Source: Bdellovibrionota bacterium (GTDB taxonomy: Bacteria; Bdellovibrionota; Bdellovibrionia; Bdellovibrionales; JAEYZS01). Taken from it: a stretch of DNA of 64,000 nt. This document shows positions 58,177 to 64,000 of this stretch, one piece after another (position 1 is the first letter of the stretch; every line of letters begins with the position of its first letter). The stretch is taken from contig JAZKEU010000011.1 of assembly GCA_040386775.1 (NCBI GenBank), positions 109,374-173,373 on the forward strand, given 5' to 3'. Below the pieces are notes generated by a model that saw nothing but the letters and a program-made list of their open reading frames with translations, searched no databases and was not told the origin of the DNA. A program made the translations under genes and the position numbers.

Positions 58177-58608
58177 ATGAAGAAATTAATCGTATTAGCT
58201 GCAATGTCTATTTCGGCAAACGCATTTGCGAGTGCCGATGCTTACTATACTGACTGTAAAAAAAATGAGTCAGATAAAGAATGCGTACAAAGAATCGTAA
58301 AAGAAAGCGATGTTATGACTCAAAATTTTTACACAGGCAAAGAGTCTGAACGTCCTATGATATATAATGCAATTTATGGTAAGGCTAACATAACTCTTAT
58401 TCAGGAAGCTGGCGAAGGCGGAACTGTTTTTACAAGCTATCTCTTAGTTTATAAAGTTTCTGGCACAGAACTCAGTGGGCTAAAGGCTGCTGCATTTTCT
58501 GTTACTTTAGAGAAATCACTAGAGGATACAGGTAAAAAACCTAAAGTAGTTGGTAGATCAATTCTTTCTTCTAGCATCAAAATCTTAACTGGAGCCACAG
58601 AAGAATAA
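58177..58608 (+). CDS. Secreted hypothetical protein
   Basis: AAGGAG RBS. Signal peptide is MKKLIVLAAMSISANAFA. Confidence 0.55.
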   Translation: MKKLIVLAAMSISANAFASADAYYTDCKKNESDKECVQRIVKESDVMTQNFYTGKESERPMIYNAIYGKANITLIQEAGEGGTVFTSYLLVYKVSGTELSGLKAAAFSVTLEKSLEDTGKKPKVVGRSILSSSIKILTGATEE

Positions 58609-58654
58609 TATTAGAAATAAAATAACTAATTAACAGAATACACGCCCTGAATAC

Positions 58655-58687
58655 AAAAGCTCTGATCATGCGATCAGAGCTTTTTTT
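58655..58687. terminator. Bidirectional rho-independent terminator
   Basis: AAAA-GCTCTGATC-ATGC-GATCAGAGC-TTTTTTT between convergent genes. Confidence 0.85.
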
Positions 58688-58696
58688 ATTTTTAAA

Positions 58697-61144
58697 TTAT
58701 TTTTTGATTTTTAAATCTGTCAAAGCCGCAAAAGGATTATTGAAGGTTGGCTTTGGTGGCGGCTTAGGACGATCAAACTGCGGTCTACCACCCTGTTGCC
58801 CTCCTCTAGCCTGCGGTGGACGTCTGTCGTCTTGAGCTTGTCTTTGCGGAGGTCTTCCACCTTGCGGACGATCATCACGTCTCGGGCGATCACCTTGCGG
58901 TCTCGCCTGATCGTTTCTCGGCCGGTCATTTCTTGCCGACCCATCTCTTTGCGGGCGAACTTGAGCCGCCCTTTGAGGACGTTCCGTCAATTTCATCGTT
59001 AAGAAGATTTGGTTTTTCTCTAGATCTACCTTTAAAATTTTCACTTCGACTTGATCGCCTGGGCTTACAACTTTTCTAGGATCATCCACGAATTCATGAG
59101 TGAGTTCAGAAATATGAACCAGACCATCTTGGTGAACGCCGATATCAACAAAAGCTCCAAAGTTCGTAACGTTAGTCACTAATCCTGGACAGATCATTTC
59201 TTCTTTTAAATCTTTCACTTCAAAAATATCATCTCTATATGAAAACACCTTAAAGATATTTCTAGGATCTCTTCCTGGCTTCTCAAGCTCCTTAATCATG
59301 TCGTTGAATGTGAACTCTCCAACAAGCTCCGCCCATTTAGTTCTGAGTTCTACAAGTTTCTTTGCACCCTCACCAATCAAGCCAGAAACTGTTAAATTCA
59401 ATTCCTTAGCCATATCACGAAGAGCAGAATATCTTTCTGGATGAATCCCTGTTTGATCCAAAACATTTGGACCATTCATCACTCTCAAGAATCCTGCGGA
59501 TTGTTCAAAAGCTTTGGTAGAGAATTGTGGAACTTTTAAAAGCTCAGAGCGGTCTTTGAAAAGGCCATTCTTACCACGGTATTCAACAATGTTTTTCGCA
59601 GTCGCAGGCCCAATACCTGAAATGAATTGAAGTAAATATGAAGAAGCTGTGTTGAGATCAATCCCCACGTTGTTCACGCAAGACTCTACAACACCTGTTA
59701 AGCTCTTCTCAAGTTTTGTCGGAGTAATATCATGTTGGTATTGACCCACGCCGATGCTTTTAGGATCAATTTTTACAAGCTCAGACAATGGATCTTGAAG
59801 GCGTCTTGCAATCGAGATTGCTCCGCGAATTGTTAAATCTAATTCTGGAAACTCTTCTCTCGCTACATCTGATGCAGAGTAAACTGATGCACCTGATTCG
59901 TTCACCATAATGATGGGGACATCTTTTTCTAGTTTCTTTAAAACTTTTCTAATGAAAATTTCTGTTTCTCTTCCCGCCGTTCCATTTCCCACGGCAATGG
60001 CTTCTACCTTTACGTGACCAAGTAATTCTTTGAATAATTTCTCTGCGTTGGCTTCAGCATTTGAACCCAGGATATCCATGATTGTATGAGAAATGTATTT
60101 TCCTGTATGATCTACTAGGGCAACTTTAGACCCGCTCTTTAATCCTGGATCTACTCCAAGAACACATTTTGGACCAAATGGACTTGCAAGTAAGATCTTT
60201 CTTACGTTTTCTGCAAATACATCCGTTGCATGAAGATCAGCCGTATCCTTTAATTTTTTATGAATTTCATTTCCGATTGATGGCATCACGTGAAGATCTA
60301 GAGCGTTCTTTGCCATGTCTTCAAGGAAAGGACGAGCTTGGTTGTTTGTGGTCACAGAAAAATCTACGAATCTTTTTAAGATCAATTCTGTTTCGCCTTC
60401 GATGTTAAGAGTTAGTTCGCTCTCATTCCAACCTCTTCTCATAGCCATGTATCTATAAGATACTTTTGGACCAAGAAGTTTTTGAATTCCCTCTTCGAAA
60501 TCAATGTACATATCGTATTTAGAGTTGGCCTTAAATTTTTTGCCCTTTTTAGAGACAACTTTTCCTTTGGCCATCAAGTTATCACGAACAAAAGCTCTCA
60601 AGTCTTGATCGTTCGTTAATTTTTCGATCAGAATAGCTTCTGCACCTTTTAGAACTTCTTGATAAGTTGCAAAATGATGTTCTACGTTTTGGAAAGTCTT
60701 TGCCTTCACTTCAAGAGACATAGAATCAGAAACTGTACCATTACCCAAATCCCAAATCCACTGAGCGAAAGGTTCGATACCTGCATCTCTTGCCATTTTG
60801 GCTTTTGTTTTCTTTTTCTTTTTGTACGGACGATAGAGCTCTTCCAACTCATCGATGTCCATTGTCGTCACCAAACGCTTTTTAAGATCGTCCGTAAGAT
60901 TTCCTTGGCCTTCGAGTTCTTTTACGATGAAAGCTTGTCTCGTAATAAGCTCGTCGTAATTTTCATTGGCCTCAAGCACATCTCTGATTTGTATTTCATC
61001 CAAGTTGCCCGTTTTTTCTTTTCTATAGCGTGCGATAAATGGAACAGTGCCGCCTTCTTTATGAAGAGCAATAACTGCTTGAATTGAATGCATGTTGATC
61101 TTTGGAAGGTATTTTTTGAAGTAACTTTCTATTGTAACAGCCAT
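58697..61144 (-). CDS. tex: Tex-like transcription accessory protein with Arg/Pro/Gln/Asp-rich C-terminal extension
   Basis: VPFIARYRKE N-terminus, a YqgF/HhH region, an S1 domain (GLVTNVTNFGAFVDIGVHQDGLVHISEL), then an approximately 100-aa low-complexity tail. Confidence 0.9.
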   Translation of the reverse strand: MAVTIESYFKKYLPKINMHSIQAVIALHKEGGTVPFIARYRKEKTGNLDEIQIRDVLEANENYDELITRQAFIVKELEGQGNLTDDLKKRLVTTMDIDELEELYRPYKKKKKTKAKMARDAGIEPFAQWIWDLGNGTVSDSMSLEVKAKTFQNVEHHFATYQEVLKGAEAILIEKLTNDQDLRAFVRDNLMAKGKVVSKKGKKFKANSKYDMYIDFEEGIQKLLGPKVSYRYMAMRRGWNESELTLNIEGETELILKRFVDFSVTTNNQARPFLEDMAKNALDLHVMPSIGNEIHKKLKDTADLHATDVFAENVRKILLASPFGPKCVLGVDPGLKSGSKVALVDHTGKYISHTIMDILGSNAEANAEKLFKELLGHVKVEAIAVGNGTAGRETEIFIRKVLKKLEKDVPIIMVNESGASVYSASDVAREEFPELDLTIRGAISIARRLQDPLSELVKIDPKSIGVGQYQHDITPTKLEKSLTGVVESCVNNVGIDLNTASSYLLQFISGIGPATAKNIVEYRGKNGLFKDRSELLKVPQFSTKAFEQSAGFLRVMNGPNVLDQTGIHPERYSALRDMAKELNLTVSGLIGEGAKKLVELRTKWAELVGEFTFNDMIKELEKPGRDPRNIFKVFSYRDDIFEVKDLKEEMICPGLVTNVTNFGAFVDIGVHQDGLVHISELTHEFVDDPRKVVSPGDQVEVKILKVDLEKNQIFLTMKLTERPQRAAQVRPQRDGSARNDRPRNDQARPQGDRPRRDDRPQGGRPPQRQAQDDRRPPQARGGQQGGRPQFDRPKPPPKPTFNNPFAALTDLKIKK

Positions 61145-61295
61145 ATATAGCTAAACCCCATTGTATTAATTTATCCAGCTTATCCAGCTTACAACTTGAA
61201 CTATGTTGACAAACAGAGTAAAAATCGTGTTTTACTAACCTACCTAACTTATGGCTGGTGTAGCAGCTCGAAAATATATTCTATTAAGGGAAAAG

Positions 61296-61514
61296 ATGGC
61301 AAGAGATGATTTAGCTCAGATTGAAGGTAAAGTTACAGACGCCGGTGCTGGTGGACTTTATAAAGTGGAACTTGAAAATGGGATGACCATTGCAACAAAG
61401 CTTTGCGGAAAGATGAGACGTTTTAATATTCGCGTAGTAGTTGGTGACAAAGTCACTGTGGGCGTATCACCGTATGATCCTTCACACGGCTTAATTCTCT
61501 TCCGTCACAAGTAA
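61296..61514 (+). CDS. infA: Translation initiation factor IF-1
   Basis: The 72-aa protein from the ATG at 61296 reads MARDDLAQIEGKV...GKMRRFNIRVVVGDKVTV..SPYD...G.I..R. Confidence 0.9.
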   Translation: MARDDLAQIEGKVTDAGAGGLYKVELENGMTIATKLCGKMRRFNIRVVVGDKVTVGVSPYDPSHGLILFRHK

Positions 61515-61533
61515 TTTCGAGCCTTCATATTCT

Positions 61534-61556
61534 GCCTTAAATGTTCTATTTAAGGC
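61534..61556. terminator. Hairpin between convergent infA and the Lys/Ala-rich protein gene
   Basis: GCCTTAAAT-GTTCT-ATTTAAGGC. It overlaps the stop of ORF 61550..62044. Confidence 0.5.
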
Positions 61557-62044
61557 TTATAATTAACGATAAGTGTTTTTAATCCCGCCTCGAAGAGTAC
61601 ATCGATGTAATTGTCACGTTTTTGCATAACAACTCCCCATCCATGAACTTTATGACTGATTGGAGCTTTGAGCTCGAAATCCTCTGTCATTTTATATTCG
61701 ATCGGCTTTTCCACGGACAATTGCTTGTGTAGCTTTAGCCATTTTTTGTAATGATCTTGATCATCTGAAGACATATTTTTGAAGTCTTCTTTTGTGATTG
61801 GTGCATTAGTAGCTGGATTTTCTGCTGTGTGAGCGGGTCTTGGCGGTATTTTTACCTTTGCCGCTTTCTTTGCTTTTGCCTTTGGTTCAGCTTTCACTGC
61901 AACTTTAGCTTCGACCACTGGTTGTTTCTCAGCCTTTTTTTCGGCTTTTTTCGCTGGAGTTTTTACTGCTGATGATTTCACTATTGCCTTTTTGATGCCT
62001 TGAGTTTTGGTTTTGGATACTTTCTTCTTTTTTTGCATACCCAT
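61550..62044 (-). CDS. Protein with histone-H1-like Lys/Ala-rich N-terminus and small C-terminal beta domain
   Basis: KKAIVKSSAVKTPAKKAEKKAEKQ...KAKAKKAAKVK, then HKVHGWGVVMQKRDNYIDVLFEAGLKTLIVNY. Confidence 0.55.
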   Translation of the reverse strand: MGMQKKKKVSKTKTQGIKKAIVKSSAVKTPAKKAEKKAEKQPVVEAKVAVKAEPKAKAKKAAKVKIPPRPAHTAENPATNAPITKEDFKNMSSDDQDHYKKWLKLHKQLSVEKPIEYKMTEDFELKAPISHKVHGWGVVMQKRDNYIDVLFEAGLKTLIVNYKP

Positions 62045-62121
62045 TCGCCCCTAAGTTATGTTAATTTTTTTTAAGCCACCTAAGTTTACCTAATAATTTT
62101 TTTTAGGTTCAAGGATGTTAT

Positions 62122-63183
62122 ATGTCAATAGCTTGTTCAGAATTGTTATCAACTTATCCCGAGCTTTTAAGCCTGGCCAAAGGAGATAAGGATGTTCTCA
62201 TTGAGGATGTAAGTCCATCAGAAAAAGGAAAAAAGGGATCAATCGTTTTTATTTCAAACGAAAAGCACTTCGCTCTTGCGCTTCAAAATGGTGTCTCTTG
62301 CCTCGTTATTCCCTCTCAATTCAAAGATAAAGCACTTCCATTCATTACTACGCAAACTTTGCTGCTTTCACCGAATACAACTCTAGCTATGGCGCTAGTA
62401 ATCAATAAGTTCTTTAATCCCGGCTATCCAAAATTAGAATCGCTCATCCATCCAACGGCCCAAGTTCACCCAACTGCAAAGATTGGTAAAAACGTAGAAA
62501 TTGGCGCGTACTGTGTCATTGCTCAGGATGTTCAAATTGGAGCAAATACTAAAATCCATGCTCATGTGGTGATTGAGCACGATGTAAAAGTTGGGTCGGA
62601 TACAGTTCTATTCCCGTTTGTTTTCTTGGGAAACAAAACTGAAGTAGGAAACAATTGCGAAATCAAACCTCACGCAAGTATCGGCACAGAAGGTTATGGC
62701 TTCGCCCACGATGAAAAAGGCAAACATTACAGAATTCCTCAAAGAGGTATCGTGGTCATTGAAGACAATGTTTCTATTGGCTCTCAATGTACAATCGATC
62801 GCGCAACTTTTGAAGTGACGAGAGTTGGTGAAGGCACAAAGATGGATAATATGATTCACGTAGCTCACAACACTCAACTTGGTAAACATGGACTTTATGC
62901 GGGCGGCAGCGTGATCGCTGGATCTGCAAAGATTGGTGATCATGTTGTTATCGGTGGACACTCTTCTATTGGTGGACACATCGAAATCGCAGACAAGGTC
63001 ACCGTGAGCGGAAGAAGTGCAGTACCAAGCAGCATCACTGAACCTGGAATGTACGGCGGTCATCCCGTAGAACCACTAAAAGATCACTTAAGAACTCAAG
63101 CCTCTTTAAGAAAACTCAATCAAGGCCTTAAAGATTTAAGAAAAATCATGAAGCACTTAAACATCGCAGGCGACAAGGAATAG
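62122..63183 (+). CDS. lpxD: UDP-3-O-acylglucosamine N-acyltransferase
   Basis: Left-handed beta-helix hexapeptide repeats, and GYGFAHD...RIPQ.G.V.IEDNV.IG. Confidence 0.9.
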   Translation: MSIACSELLSTYPELLSLAKGDKDVLIEDVSPSEKGKKGSIVFISNEKHFALALQNGVSCLVIPSQFKDKALPFITTQTLLLSPNTTLAMALVINKFFNPGYPKLESLIHPTAQVHPTAKIGKNVEIGAYCVIAQDVQIGANTKIHAHVVIEHDVKVGSDTVLFPFVFLGNKTEVGNNCEIKPHASIGTEGYGFAHDEKGKHYRIPQRGIVVIEDNVSIGSQCTIDRATFEVTRVGEGTKMDNMIHVAHNTQLGKHGLYAGGSVIAGSAKIGDHVVIGGHSSIGGHIEIADKVTVSGRSAVPSSITEPGMYGGHPVEPLKDHLRTQASLRKLNQGLKDLRKIMKHLNIAGDKE

Positions 63184-63189
63184 TCAGAC

Positions 63190-64000
63190 ATGAAGTTTTA
63201 CATCACAACTCCGATCTACTACGTGAACGACACTCCACATATTGGGCATGCTTACACGACAGTGGTTGCAGATGTGCTTACTCGTTATAGAAAGCTTTTT
63301 GGAGATGAGTCTTATTTTTTGACCGGAACTGACGAGCACGGACAAAAGGTTCAAAAGGCTGCGGAAAAAAGGGGACTCGAACCACAAGTTCATTGCGACG
63401 AAATGGTTTTGAATTTCAAAAACATTTGGAAAGAATTGGATATCAATTACGATAAATTCATCAGAACAACAGATGACTACCACAAAAAGGTTGTCCAAGA
63501 CTCCCTTCAAGAACTTTACGACAAAGGCGAAATCTATCTTCAAGAATACGAAGGTTGGTATTCTGTTTCAGAAGAAATTTTCTATACAGAAAAAGATTTG
63601 GTAGATGGAAAGTCTCCCTCTGGAAAAGAAGTTCAACTTGTAAAAGAGAAAAACTATTTTTTCAAAATGTCGAAGTACCAAGACAAACTCCTCGAGTACA
63701 TCAAAAATAATCCTGAATTTATTCAGCCAGATGCCAAAAGAAATGAGACTTTGGGATTTTTAGGAAAACCTCTCGAAGATCTTTGTATCAGCCGGCCAAA
63801 AGCTCGCCTCTCTTGGGGAATCGAAATTCCTTTCGATAAAGATTATGTTACGTATGTTTGGTTTGATGCTTTGATCAACTACATTTCTGGAATTGGGTAC
63901 AAGCAGGCAGATAAAGAAAAACAGTTCAAAGACACTTGGGCCGAAGCCATTCATTTGATTGGAAAAGATATTCTTATTACGCACACCATTTATTGGCCGA
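63190..64000 (+). CDS. metG: Methionyl-tRNA synthetase (3' end outside window)
   Basis: This gene is not in the supplied track. My translation from the ATG at 63190 is open to the window end: MKFYITTPIYYVNDTPHIGHAYTTVVADVLTRYRKLFG...YVWFDALINYISG... Confidence 0.9.
   Translation, partial: MKFYITTPIYYVNDTPHIGHAYTTVVADVLTRYRKLFGDESYFLTGTDEHGQKVQKAAEKRGLEPQVHCDEMVLNFKNIWKELDINYDKFIRTTDDYHKKVVQDSLQELYDKGEIYLQEYEGWYSVSEEIFYTEKDLVDGKSPSGKEVQLVKEKNYFFKMSKYQDKLLEYIKNNPEFIQPDAKRNETLGFLGKPLEDLCISRPKARLSWGIEIPFDKDYVTYVWFDALINYISGIGYKQADKEKQFKDTWAEAIHLIGKDILITHTIYWP

Noticed and set aside
58720-59079. ORFs 58720..58944 (-), 58796..59002 (+) and 58816..59079 (+)
   Set aside because: They are shadow frames of the low-complexity Arg/Pro/Gln tail of tex.
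63184-63984. Minus-strand ORFs 63184..63543 (119 aa) and 63760..63984 (74 aa)
   Set aside because: They are antisense to the open metG frame, which has clear MetRS motifs. They have no motifs or RBS of their own.

Overview
This is a 64-kb stretch of an AT-rich bacterial chromosome. Hand counts of single 60-nt lines gave about 43% GC inside fusA and 18-30% GC in the 4.2-6.8 kb stretch. I support about 65 protein-coding genes. I found no rRNA, tRNA or CRISPR array in any intergenic gap.

Housekeeping genes recognisable from motifs are fusA-like EF-G, topA, tex, infA, lpxD, metG (runs off the 3' end and is missing from the ORF track), recQ-family helicase, aat, mpg, msrA, gpx, ggt, abgT, ndh, galE, srkA, 2-oxoacid dehydrogenase E1 alpha/beta and a tail-specific protease.

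The many signal-peptide proteins, two S1 proteases and the standalone EF-G fit a Bdellovibrio/Bacteriovorax-like predatory lineage. That is only an inference.

The clearest accessory region is about 1.8-7.0 kb. It holds:
- an internally deleted DDE transposase remnant;
- a (GATTGACA)x7.5 tandem array;
- a secreted PI3K/PI4K-like kinase;
- a frameshifted scramblase-family gene;
- a low-GC cassette made of an XRE regulator, a PAS-like protein, a heme-oxygenase-like diiron enzyme and a LuxI/FeeM-like GNAT acyltransferase. This cassette is my best candidate for an undescribed small-molecule system.

Other points worth a second look:
- a 163-bp element with perfect 34-bp terminal inverted repeats downstream of topA;
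- a secreted protein with a Pol-beta nucleotidyltransferase motif;
- a six-gene envelope and two-component cluster (9.36-15.78 kb) ending in REC-PilZ-like and REC-HD-GYP genes;
- a PA2779/PA2778 pair and a LemA/GIDE pair;
- an overlapping srkA plus radical-SAM/SPASM pair;
- a perfect 48-bp coding tandem repeat;
- tandem HPF-like paralogs.

All family calls come from motifs read in the translations. No database search was run.
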